Origin: Prorocentrum cordatum
Lineage: Eukaryota
Assembly (NCBI GenBank): GCA_963575745.1
Contig: CAUYUJ010000001.1
Location: 806,001 to 870,000, forward strand
Length of the DNA: 64,000 bases
Reading direction: 5' to 3'
In this document: positions 25,261-35,601 of the stretch, piece after piece
How positions within the stretch are numbered: the first letter of the stretch is position 1
Layout: each line of letters begins with the position of its first letter
Notes under the pieces: generated by a model
Database searches by the model: none
The model's input: only the letters and a program-made list of their open reading frames with translations
What the model was told of the DNA's origin: nothing
Position numbers and translations under genes: made by a program

Positions 25261-27329
25261 ACTAAGATTGAATCACATGGCCTTCACATCTACAGTGCAA
25301 TACTTTACGTCTGGGGCCCACGCTGGCAAACATACTCATGCCTCATCATGCATGATCGCATTGGGGAGAAGTGGGGGTCGAGGTCGTGGGCCGAGGCTCC
25401 TGGATGCTCTTGTCTCTATGTGCGCCACACGCTGCCCGCTCTCGTGGCCTCGAACAGATTCTGCAAGAGCGTGCTCCGGGGCAAGTCCAGGGGCCAATTC
25501 TGAGGGGCGGGGAGGGGAGGGAGAAGGGAGAGATGAGGAGTGGGGAGGCGTTTCTTGGGCAGATCTCGAGGCCCCCTGCCTTTTCTGGGCTCGAGAACCG
25601 CCGGCCGAGATAGGAGCCCGTCGACGGCGTTTCGCCATGGGAGGGAGCGGGTCCTGATGGAAACGGGTCCCGAGTTTTTTCCCCATTGTCGGGCTCTCGG
25701 GGCCTTCCACGGGTCTGGTGCTGTCAGAAAACTGCTCAGGAGATGAAGATCTCGTGCTAGGGGAAGGCCCCAGGGTCCAGGACCCGCTTCCCTCAGGACC
25801 CGTTTCCCCCATGCTAAGCGTTTTTTGCCCAAGTGAAGAAACAGCAGCTACGGGGCTCACAAATAATACATCACCACCACCGCATCCCTCACCTTCTCCC
25901 GCCCCCAAGTAAAAGAAGAGGAAGAAGAGATTGGAGGAGGAGAGGGTGGATGAAGGTGGTGGTGGGGGTGTTGATTCCTGGCGCCCGCAGCAGCACCAGA
26001 TCATCACAGGTGCCCGCCGCATTCTGTTATTGTGGTGTGTCACCCAGACGCCCACGAGGAGCCCGAGGGAGACCGCCAGCACAGTCCCAGAGGCCTCCAG
26101 ACTGCGCGGGCCTCCAGGACGCGCGCGAGAGACTCCAACCCCGATCTGTCCAAAACAAATAAATATGTGACTGATGCTTCCCTCTCCCGCATTTTGTCTT
26201 ACGACGGCCCGTCGAAGCTCTTCGGAGAAGCCGTTGAGCAGGAGGAGAAGTAAAGGGCAGAGGGAGGAGTCGTCTGTGCTCGTCGCGCAAAACTCGGGAG
26301 ACCCCTCCGTCGAACATGTCTTCAGGTGTGTCGTGGTGCGTAATTCGCATGTTCTCGCTGATGTAGGCGCAGAGTATCGACATTGTTTGTCGGCTGGGCG
26401 GGAATAAGGGGGGTGTTTGGGGCGTTCCTTGTTTTACTTTTTTCACATCGAGACATAGGGGGCAAGGGAGGCGATGCAGCCGCGGGCGCGACACGTGGTG
26501 CTGTAGAGTGTTGTGGCGTTGTGTGCCTGTACCGCATCAGCGGCACTCAAGGATTTCACGCCGCAGGTTTTTATCGTTGCTTTACAGTTGACGCTGCAAG
26601 GAGGAAAGAGAAAAGGAACGATGACGGCGAGGTGGCAGAACGAACGCCCACACCCAACACAATGTCAGTGCAACCCTGGGGCCCAACCCCGCCGATAACC
26701 GCAATGGCAGTTGCAGCTGAGGTTCATCAACAGCTTTCCGCTACAACCCCCGTAGATGAATTCGATGTTCCACATTGGCAGAAAGGCCCCCGACCTCTAG
26801 AAGTATGCTTACGCCTCCCTGCGTCATGCGCTACAGATTCGAACAGCGAAGAGCAGCGAGACGGTAACACATTGCGTTCGTATATCAGAGGATGGGCACA
26901 TGCACACGTAGGTATACACATATGCGTACGTGAGCTATGCATATACATACATAGAGCACGGCCCGCGGTTGTTAGTGACGCGACCCGTTGGCTGTTAGAA
27001 TGCGTCACGGCCGCGTGAACCCAGACCCGCTCCAGTTCAACAAGTACCGTGCGGAACAAGCGCCCAGCATGTCTTCAGAGCGGGAGCGGCGGCGGGAGCG
27101 CAAACGTGTCTGCACTTCATCAGCGGCCATTGCCGTGTGAGCGAGGAACGGTCTGTCTTCGTGGGTCGCAGGGGTCCCAGAAGTTGAGCGAGAACGGTTC
27201 ATGGGTGGCGAATAAAATACAGCGGTTGGGACATTGGGGTCGTGCGCGTGAGTGGGGAATTAGCGAGCGCAGACAATCGCAAACAGGAAGTGGTTGGGTT
27301 CCGGGGGAATTCCGCACAAGTTCTATTCC

Positions 27330-27946
27330 AAGTTGATGTTGCGAAGGTGCGTTGCCAGCATTTGCTTCTTAAGTTGAGTGGAACTCTCTGGTGCGGCAGC
27401 CTGGTGGTCCCCGCAAACGTGGGCTGGCGGATCACAAGCGTGGATTCGTGGTACAACAGTATCGTAGAAAAGCGGGCGAATCGCAACAAGGACGTGGGTG
27501 TCGCGGAATTTTTGGTGGTAGCCTTCGACTTCAAAGTAGCAGAGGTGGCTAGAAGACTTGGTTATCCTGCCATTGCCGCGGACGGGGCATTCGTCCTTCC
27601 CCAGGCAGGGAATAAATCTCGACGGTTCCAGGAGTGGACGCTCCCAACGCTCCCACGTTTTTGTTCCACTACCAAGTTTCTCGTTCCAGGGTTGTTGATG
27701 CAAGTTGGGTTTTGCCGAGTTGTTTTCAGCGAGATGGACGTGTTTTTCGCTGCTAACCCGTTCGACGCAATTGCTATGTATGAGGGGCGATGTTTGGCAT
27801 TGCAATGTCCATGCTGCCCCAACTGCGTGAACATCGGCTTCATGGAGTTCCGCGCGTACCACCAGTCTGAACGCAGCGAGTCTGACTGCGACCTGGAGTC
27901 CAAGCTGGCCCATTTGGAGGTGTCATATGCGCACCCGAGTAATTGA
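27330..27946 (+). CDS. Nucleotide-diphospho-sugar transferase-like (GT77 / Nucleotid_trans-type) exon or gene fragment
   Basis: ORF 27242..27946 contains FLVVAFD...RRLGYP, TKF...LLMQVGFCRVVFSEMDVFFAANPF (DxD-equivalent ExD followed by NPF) and VNIGFMEFR. The order and spacing fit GT77-type enzymes. The sequence is non-repetitive with lower GC. Exon boundaries are unresolved. Confidence 0.6.
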
Positions 27947-28979
27947 TGAGGCAATCGCACTGGGAAAAATACCCTAGCCAAGCACCCTAACAGCAGCAAA
28001 GGTGAAGAGGCAGGTCGAGGAGCAGGTGATCGAGACACGGTCATTTGCACCGTATTCCAAGGATCGTGACCGTCCGGATCGTGGACGTGTGGCACCGCAT
28101 TTTGAAAGCGCCGCCCACAAGTTTCGCATTGGCTGACCTGTTCAGCCTGCGCACCTGTGCGCCCGGACCCCCTACTCGCCGCACTGCTGCCTGCTGCTTG
28201 GGCTGCCACGTGGCGCACAGCCAACGCAACGCTCTCGTCATGAAGGGCTTTCGGTGACGCCCAGCTTGAGCGAGCGTGAGACGGCCTCCCGGGCCTCCGT
28301 CCGGCGTCACACAGACATACTAATGCTATGTGTGCGTCGCCCCCCGGGGGCGACGCGCGCCCCAAGAAGTCTTCTGGTGTACGTAAGCTCCGTGGCGGGC
28401 GCTTGCTGGCCATACTGCTCGGGAACCGATATACTACAAGATGGTCATGCTACATCTTTGGGTCGGACGCGCGCCTCCAAGGAGAACATATAGTGCCAGT
28501 ATGTCCCCGTGCGTCCCATCCGTCGTCAGTTCAGGCAGCAGGAATGCCCCGCAGTTGGCCCAAGACCGAATCCATGCTGCGGTGCCTCGTGCCAGTGGAC
28601 TCTGCCACGGCCTCAGCACCCAGAGGGCCGCCCCGAGCACGGCCCAGCGCCGTGGCGCGACGCGAGCTCTCGGCTCGGCCGACGCCTCTCTCGCCGCAAG
28701 GCCCGCCTGCAGCGAGCCCACGCGGACGCCGCCGCCCAGTCGGCCTCCCCAGAAGGCCGTCAGAACTCCCTCCCCGGAGATCTTGGCGTGGCAATCGGTT
28801 CACAACGGGCTTTTTCGCCCGACTTCGGTCCCCAGGACCCTCACAGATCAGCCTGGGTCGAACAATGAGGCAGAATGATGGGGTCCCGAGCTCGGGCGAT
28901 GATTTTTTGTGGTGTTGCATTTTTTCCCAACGTCGGATCTCAGGATCCGCCGCCGTCTCCGCGCACGGCCGGACCCGGC

Positions 28980-28994
28980 GGTCCCTGCCGACCT
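28980..28994 (+). repeat. Left target-site duplication of LINE-B (15 bp)
   Basis: GGTCCCTGCCGACCT, identical to 35587-35601. Confidence 0.95.
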
Positions 28995-29030
28995 CCGTAG
29001 CCATTTTGGCTCAAGCTGTTTTGGCACGAG
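28994..29030 (+). other. Perfect DinoSL (28994-29015) followed by a 15-nt relict SL (29016-29030)
   Basis: TCCGTAGCCATTTTGGCTCAAG matches DCCGTAGCCATTTTGGCTCAAG at 22/22. The next 15 nt, CTGTTTTGGCACGAG, match CCATTTTGGCTCAAG at 11/15. Confidence 0.95.
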
Positions 29031-29170
29031 GCCTGACCTTACTGGCGTGGGGGAGTCTGCGGCCCCATCTGTGACGCCTCACTGCCTGGTCAGGGAGGCA
29101 TGTTGCTTTGCAGAGCTGGTTTTCCCCAGCTACTGCTGCTTTCTTCTCTCACGGGTTGCGCGCACGGCTG

Positions 29171-30445
29171 ATGGTCCCAGATCCGCCCAAGGGGCCTCCT
29201 CGTCAAGCACGTGACCGCCAGCATTCGCAAAGTGGTTACAAGACGTGCTATGGCAAGAACTCGTGCGGCTACCAGTACAATCTGGTGGAGTGGAGCAGGT
29301 GCTTTCGCTGTAAGAAGTGGATTCGTGATATTGTTGTTCGCGACACCGTCCAGGCTCCCCCGAGACCCTGGTGGAGGACGGGCGAGCAGCAAACACAAGA
29401 TGCATGGCAGCTGGTGGGCAAGAGTGGCAGAGGCCGTAAGGGTGCTTCCGTGCCCGATCAAGATGCTGCTGAGTCCCCAGGCGGAGACGGTGATGAACCT
29501 TCGAGGCCTGGCCCGTGGAATGGCAAGGGTGGCTCGGCCGCTCGGGCCAAAGGGAAAGGCGTTGACAACAGGGCAGCCAAGCAGGAGCACCTGTCGGCCG
29601 CAATCGAGCAGCTCACACTGGCGGGCCTTGGGCCCGAACACCCGCTGGTTGTGGCTGCAAAGGCCCAGATCCCCATCGTATCGGCCACACCCGACGACAA
29701 CCAGGGCCAGATGCCTTGGATGCGGGTGCGGTCACATCAAGACAAGTTGGCTCACTACCAGGGCCAGCTTCAGTCAGCAAAGTCCACCGAGGCCTCGATC
29801 ACGCAGAAGATGGAGGAGCTCGAGCAGGATTTGGCGGAGTGCGTGGAGTCTCAGCAGAAGACGGCCGAGTCCATCAAGCGGGAGGAGGAGGAGCTGCAGC
29901 GGCTACATCGCCGTGCTGTCCTTCAACCTGTGGGCGCTGATGGAAAGTCGGCCATCTCTGGCTTGGTTGAGACGCTGTTTGGCCATCTTCCTGCTGGGTT
30001 CAAGTCGGCCAAGGCGGCCCAGTTCCAGTCCGTGGTCGACCTCCTGGGCGACCTGTCCGCGGCGGGGCCGCAGTTTCAGCGGGAACAGGAGGAGCGCCAA
30101 CGGCAGGCGGCCGAGGCAGCGGCTCAGAGGGCGGCTGCTGGAGGCGATGCAGGCGATATTGGGGCGACTTCGACGGCCGTCGATTCCAGGGTGGCCGAGG
30201 ACTGCAAGCAGCAGCTCACCGAGCTCATGCAGGGCGGCAAGGCGGGGCAGTACGAGGGCCTCTTCAAGACGATGCTCGAGTTCCTGGAGAACCCCACGGC
30301 CCTGGCTAAGCGACCCAGACGTGACCCCCCAGCCGCTGCGGCGGCTGCCGCGCATGATGTTCATCAGGTTCCAGGCGCTGTGGCTGGCCAAGGCGTGGAC
30401 GTGGATATCTCCGCAGCAGCTAGGGCTGGACCACAGGGGGGGTAA
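29171..30445 (+). CDS. LINE-B ORF1: intact frame with N-terminal C4 zinc finger and central coiled coil
   Basis: ATG 29171 to TAA 30445, uninterrupted. Contains KTCYGKNSCGYQYNLVEWSRCFRCKKW and a heptad-like stretch ITQKMEELEQDLAECVESQQKTAESIKREEEELQRL. Confidence 0.8.
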   Translation: MVPDPPKGPPRQARDRQHSQSGYKTCYGKNSCGYQYNLVEWSRCFRCKKWIRDIVVRDTVQAPPRPWWRTGEQQTQDAWQLVGKSGRGRKGASVPDQDAAESPGGDGDEPSRPGPWNGKGGSAARAKGKGVDNRAAKQEHLSAAIEQLTLAGLGPEHPLVVAAKAQIPIVSATPDDNQGQMPWMRVRSHQDKLAHYQGQLQSAKSTEASITQKMEELEQDLAECVESQQKTAESIKREEEELQRLHRRAVLQPVGADGKSAISGLVETLFGHLPAGFKSAKAAQFQSVVDLLGDLSAAGPQFQREQEERQRQAAEAAAQRAAAGGDAGDIGATSTAVDSRVAEDCKQQLTELMQGGKAGQYEGLFKTMLEFLENPTALAKRPRRDPPAAAAAAAHDVHQVPGAVAGQGVDVDISAAARAGPQGG

Positions 30446-33400
30446 CCTGATCAGCCAGAAGTCTGAGACGACGCGGCGCTGTCCTTCGAGATCCTGTGCT
30501 GAGTCGTTTCCAAGTTCACGTTCACCTGTTGCTTTGGCGGGCACGGGAGGCAGGTCCGCCAGGACCGCGACCGCTTGGGAGGAGGTCGTGGGGAAGCAGG
30601 GTGTCCAGATTTGCAGCGAAGCTGGTCCCTTGCGAGGGGGACTGGGGACTCGTGCTCGCCAGCCTGGCGTTTCTCCCCAGGTTGATTCTCTCGGTTCGGC
30701 ACCTCCAGCGGAGGGCCATGTTTCTGCCAAGCCTGTTCGTCATAGGCGTCCTGAGGTCTGCAGGATCTGTTCGTCTAATATTACTTCGTGGGGAGTGGAG
30801 TGCGACAAGGGCTCCAGAGTCCCCCGCAGGCCGCTCCTTGAGGTCATTGACGCCGTGGAGGCAGACCTGTCCTTGTTCCAGGAGCATCACCAGTCAGAGT
30901 TTCAGCTGGCAGGCGTCCAGCACGCTTTGCAGAAGGCAGGGCTGAACTCGTTACTCTCCCCAGCGGCGCCGCCGGGCCGTTCAGAGTCTGGCACGTCGGG
31001 AGGAGTTGGCTTGGCTACACCGAAGCTCTGGGGCCTCAGGGGCCTTGACGCCCTTTCTCCTGGGGTCGCTTTACCTCCTGATCATCGGTTTCGGTTAGGG
31101 CTCTGGAGCGGTCTGTGCACAGGGGGAGTTGTGGTCGGGTCGGTGTAATTGCACACGGGGACCGGCTGCAGGGGTCAGAACCTCACCCTCCTCCACAACA
31201 TTGGGGAAGCTCTTCGTGCGTATGGGATGCCGTTCATACTGGGTGGAGATGTTCAGTTCCCTGGCGAGCAGCTTATTGAGTCTGGGTGGCTAGGGGACCT
31301 CCAGGCTGACGTTGTGTTCGATGGTTCTCAGTGGACGTGCCAACTTGGAACGTCTCGATCATCTATTGATTACTTTGTTGTGTCGAATGTACTGAAGCCT
31401 TTCGTTGACCGTTGCTGCGTGGCGACATGGTCGACTTGCACGAGGCCGCACCGCCCAGTTGTGCTCACAGTCAGTGGCAGCCCCAGGCAGGTGGCGGCAC
31501 CCAGGCTGAAGAAACCATCGGCGCTCCCGCTATTTCGTCCTATCGGATGCGACCCCAGGCCACTGGATTGGGATGATCTCTTGGAGGTTGTCAAAGAAGG
31601 CAAGTGTTCAAAGGATATGTTGGATACTGTCACCTCCCAGTGGGCTCAGAGGGCTGAACTCACGTTAACCCGAGTTCCCCAAGTGGAAGGCGATCCACGT
31701 TACCGAGGACGAGGAAGCCCCCCCAAGGTGGTCCAGGCCCCCCTCCTAGGCCCGCCTGCGTCCACTCACCCTCGCGCCATCGGCGAAGGTAGGATGTGGC
31801 GGGTTTTTGAGAGGCGGCTCCAGGACATTCTGTTTCTCTGGCATGGGCCACGGCCCACCTGGGGGGGGTTGCGTCAAGCTGGGCGGATTCTCAGGAAGTT
31901 GGTGAACTATGCGTCCCCGTTCATTGATTGCAAGCACTGGGAGTCCTGGAGGCTTAGGACTTTGGCCGTCAACCCTGCAGCGGCCTCGGAGCTTATCGAG
32001 TTGATTTGGCAGGTCCGCAAGCGGGCCCAGGAGCATGAGCATCACGCGGCCTCGGAGAGGGCCAGGGCTTGGAGGAGCTGGGTATCTGAGGCTCTTACTG
32101 GAGGGGCCCGACTTGGACACGGGCATTCTAAAGAGGTTCCCAAATGGGCTACGTGTGGGTTATCACAGCTCTCAGGGCCCAACGGTGTTCCTTTGGGTGT
32201 CTTGGGAGAAGCTGAAGCTCGAGCTCAAAGTTGGCACAAACACTGGGGAGTTGGTCAAGTTTTTCCTGGTCCCGATTTCAGCTGGTGCGAAGATGAACCC
32301 GAGCTCGAACCGCCGTCTCACGAGGAGCTGGCTGCCCTGATCCGTTCGTACAGTACGCACACGGCAGTTGGGGCATGTGGGTTTCATCCTCGTCATTGGT
32401 CGTGTCTTGATGAAGGTGCCGTCGCTGTATTCCTGTGCATCTGGGAGCAGATGCAGCGCCTTTTCCATGTGCCCAGGTGCTGGGCACTGCTGCTCATCGC
32501 TCTGCTGCCCAAGCCACCGCCAGACGGATGGGGATCGGCCTATTGGTATCTTCCCGTCCCCCCTCAGGATGTGGCCCAGATGGGCCCGCTGGAAAGTCGC
32601 TGGCCCCTGGGAGATCGTTCACCCTCGGAGTTTTTGGTTTGGCGATTCGGGTGCGTCCTGTGATATTTGCGTGTGGAAGCAGAGTTTCAAGGCGGAGCTG
32701 GCTCGAGACCAGGGCAAGGCAGCAGGGTCTAAGCTCTTAGACCTGGTCAAGGCATATGAGCATGTACCTCATCATGTGCTCGCTGCTGCCGCCCGTAGAC
32801 ATCAGCTCTCTGGGAAAACGTTACCTTTCCTCCTGGCCACTTACAGCTTGGACAGGATGGTGTTATTTGAGAGGATTGCGACCGATGTGGTATCGACCAA
32901 GCGGACGATCGTCGCAGGTTGCAGTTGTGCTACGTCGTTGTTGCGTATCGTGCTCCTTTCCCCTGCTGGTGTCGTTGTTCAGCGGCATGCGTCCGTCGAT
33001 CTAGCGATTGTGGCTGATGACTTGCAACTTCAGAGGGTTTGGGATGCTTGGGAAGTTGCTCGTGATCTAAAAGGTGCTGAGGACCTCCTCACCTCTGAGC
33101 TGCGTCAGATCGGGCTCAGTATTTCGCTCCCTAAGAAGCACCAGACGGTCGTCGGCCAGAAACTTCGGTGCGTCGCTCGCAAGGTGGACCCGTCTTCGGC
33201 CAAGTTCTTGACCAGATCGGTGCGTAACTTGGGACTAGATTTCGGGGGTGGCCATCGCGTGTTGCACGCTGTTCGTGCTAAGCGCTTGGGCAAGATGGCT
33301 TACAGGATCCCTAGGTATAAGCGGTTGGCTAAAGCTGGGGGGCAAAACGATCAAACTGGTCCAGGCGGGCCTCAAGCCTGGCATGCTGTGGGGTGTCGGA

Positions 33401-35509
33401 GTGCATGGCATCAGTCATACTCATCTATTGCGGGCTCGGCAGCTTGCACGTGCTGGTTTTTGTGCACAGGCACACTGGCAGATCTCTGTCGCTCGATCTC
33501 ATGATCGCAGGCCGCCAGGTCGACCCAGCCTATGAGTGCAATCGTGTGCCTATTTTCTTCTGGATGCGTGCTCTCTGGGATGCATGGGCGGTGAGATCCG
33601 ACATGGCGCGTCTTCTGAGCGGGGCTTGGGCTCGTCTGCCGGCGCTTCCCGAGAATAAGGTTTGGTCCGACATCCGTGGACCTGCCTCGGCCCTTGCGGG
33701 CACGACGATGAGGATCGGTTGGAAGTTTTAAAACCCGTTCCGCTGGATGACCCATAGGGGTCCCGTGTTTATCGAGAAAATGTCGCCGAGGGATGTTGGT
33801 CGGTTGGCTGATGAGGCCACCGAGCGTTGGATTTGGCAACAGGTTCTGGCGAAGCATGCGTCATGGGCCTCGTTGTGTCCCCATCCTCCTCTCCTCGAGC
33901 CTCTGAGGGCCCTCGTCCTTCCTGCCTCGCTCAAAGGCCCCGACTGGACCCCCAAGCATCAAGGGCTCCCCAAGTGCCTTTTGCGGGAGGTGTTTGGTCT
34001 CAAGAGAGGCTATATGAAGCTGGTGGAGCTATCAATCCAGAGTGCCTGGCGTGCAGGAGCGCAGGCTCCACCTGGCATCGTTTCTACGACTGCCCTGTGC
34101 ACGCCGAGTATCGTCGGGATTTCAAGGCAGGTTTTGAGCTGGCCAGTCAGATGCTGGTGTTAGCTAAGACGGCTGCTGACCGCTCACTGCTTTGGACCCG
34201 CTTTCTTGTACCTGATCCGTCCTGGCTGTTTCCGAGCCCCTGCCTCGAGGAGCGTGCGGTGTGGACCCTGCGTCCGCCCGATCTGCTGCTCGACGTGCAT
34301 GTGTTTGGAGATGGCTCGGGAGTGCATGGGCAGTTCGGCCGTCTCAGGAGATGTGGGTGGGGGCTGCGCCCTCTCGACTCCCAGTGGAAAGAGGTTGCGA
34401 GATTGCACGGGCCGCTGCCTAGTTTATGCCAAACAGTGCCCGCAGCGGAGCTTTTCAGTTTCCTCATGGCTCTCCGCTACATGGGGGCGCAGATGATTTT
34501 TTTTACTGACTGCAAGCCTCTCGTAGATGTTTGGCGCCAGGGGTCTGGAGCTGGCGCTGATGCCAACGACCCCATGGCCTACCTATGGAGGGAGGTCTGG
34601 AGGTTGGTGGCTGTCCGTGGGGTGGAGGCGGCGGAGGTGACTCATGTCAAGGCACACTCGCCTGTCTCCGTCATCGCGGATGGTGCGATCACGGCTTGGC
34701 AGCGTTTTGGCAACGCTCAGGCCGACCAGTCAGCTAAGCGAGGGGCTGCGTTGTATCCTGATGCGAAGATGTTGCGCGAAGCTCACCGTGCCTCGCGTCG
34801 CGCTGCCCAGATGGTTGCCCAGTTTTGTACGCGTGTCGCGGCGAGGATTGGTGTTGTCACCCCGCTGGACGCGCAGGCTCAGGCCCTGGGTAGGGCCATC
34901 GGCACCATCGAGGGTGGTTTCGGACCGCCGAGGCCGCACTCGCGGTATGATCCTGCGGTCACGTTTTGTGGCCGACGCTATCGATGCATGGTGTGTCTTC
35001 GCTCGGCTAAAGGCCGTCTCACACTGCGCAAGCTCAAGTGCCAGGACAGAGCTGGGATGCACTCGCTGCATAGGGCGGGGCCAGTGTTGTTCTGTTATTT
35101 GTGCGAAGCCTACTCCGAAAAACGCAGCCAGGGTCTCTCGGACGAGTGCCTGACGAGTCGGCGCAGGCTTGGCACGCAAGTGAGGGACTCTCGGTTTTAT
35201 CGCCTTCAGAATTTGCTGAAGGGTCGCCACCCCAACAAGGCGAGCTTGTTTCTGGGGCCTCCAATTTTGTTGAGGAAGAGGAGGCTCGCAGAGATGGCTA
35301 GCATGCCGCCACTTCCCTCGCTCCCTCTGACCTCTGGGGTTGGGTGTGGGTCGGACGTGGGGGTGGGGTGGTCGGGGCAGGAGCATCTCTCTCCTCCTGT
35401 GTCCCAGGCTGTTTCGGCCTTGTGGGAGGACTTTCAGGGCCTCCCTTTTGCCAGCGACTCGGATGACGACGACGACCTTTCCCGCGATCTCCGGGGCTGG
35501 GTCGAATAG
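30430..35509 (+). pseudogene. LINE-B ORF2: APE endonuclease, RT, CCHC knuckle, RNase H and Cys-rich tail; two in-frame stops and about four frameshifts
   Basis: APE: SSNITSW, LFQEHH, GSV*LHTG (stop 31146-48), ILGGDVQ, SSIDYFVV, PHRPVVL. RT: GACGFHP, LLPKP..DRPIGIF, LLDLVKAYEHV, IVAGCSCAT, IVADDL (33007-33024), RNLGLD. CCHC: CLACRSAGSTWHRFYDCP. RNase H: VFGDGSG, TVPAAEL, FFTDCK, HVKAH, GNAQADQSAKRG. Frameshifts near 32525, 33340, 33460 and 33980; stop at 33729. The 5' start is approximate. Confidence 0.92.
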
Positions 35510-35586
35510 CGTCTCCATCGCTGGCCGACAATTTTTTTCAAACAGGCTAGTACGCGTGCGGCTGGTCTTTGTCAGTGCAAAAAAAA

Positions 35587-35601
35587 GGTCCCTGCCGACC
35601 T
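35587..35601 (+). repeat. Right target-site duplication of LINE-B
   Basis: GGTCCCTGCCGACCT immediately follows the A8 tail. Confidence 0.95.

Larger units (their letters stand above)
28995..35586 (+). mobile_element. LINE-B: full-length non-LTR retrotransposon (SL-ORF1-APE-RT-CCHC-RNase H-polyA), ~6.6 kb
   Basis: 15-bp TSD, SL head, A8 tail at 35579-35586, and all protein domains present in order. Confidence 0.95.

Noticed and set aside
28994..29060. SL RNA gene, or SLACS/NeSL-type insertion into an SL gene
   Set aside because: The SL is followed by CTG, not a GT donor and SL intron. It lies inside the TSD, and the empty site has no SL.
29211..30430. N-terminal two-thirds of ORF 29211..31148 as real protein
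   Set aside because: It is an alternative frame overlapping ORF1 with R/S/P-rich noise. Only the part from ~30750 carries APE motifs.
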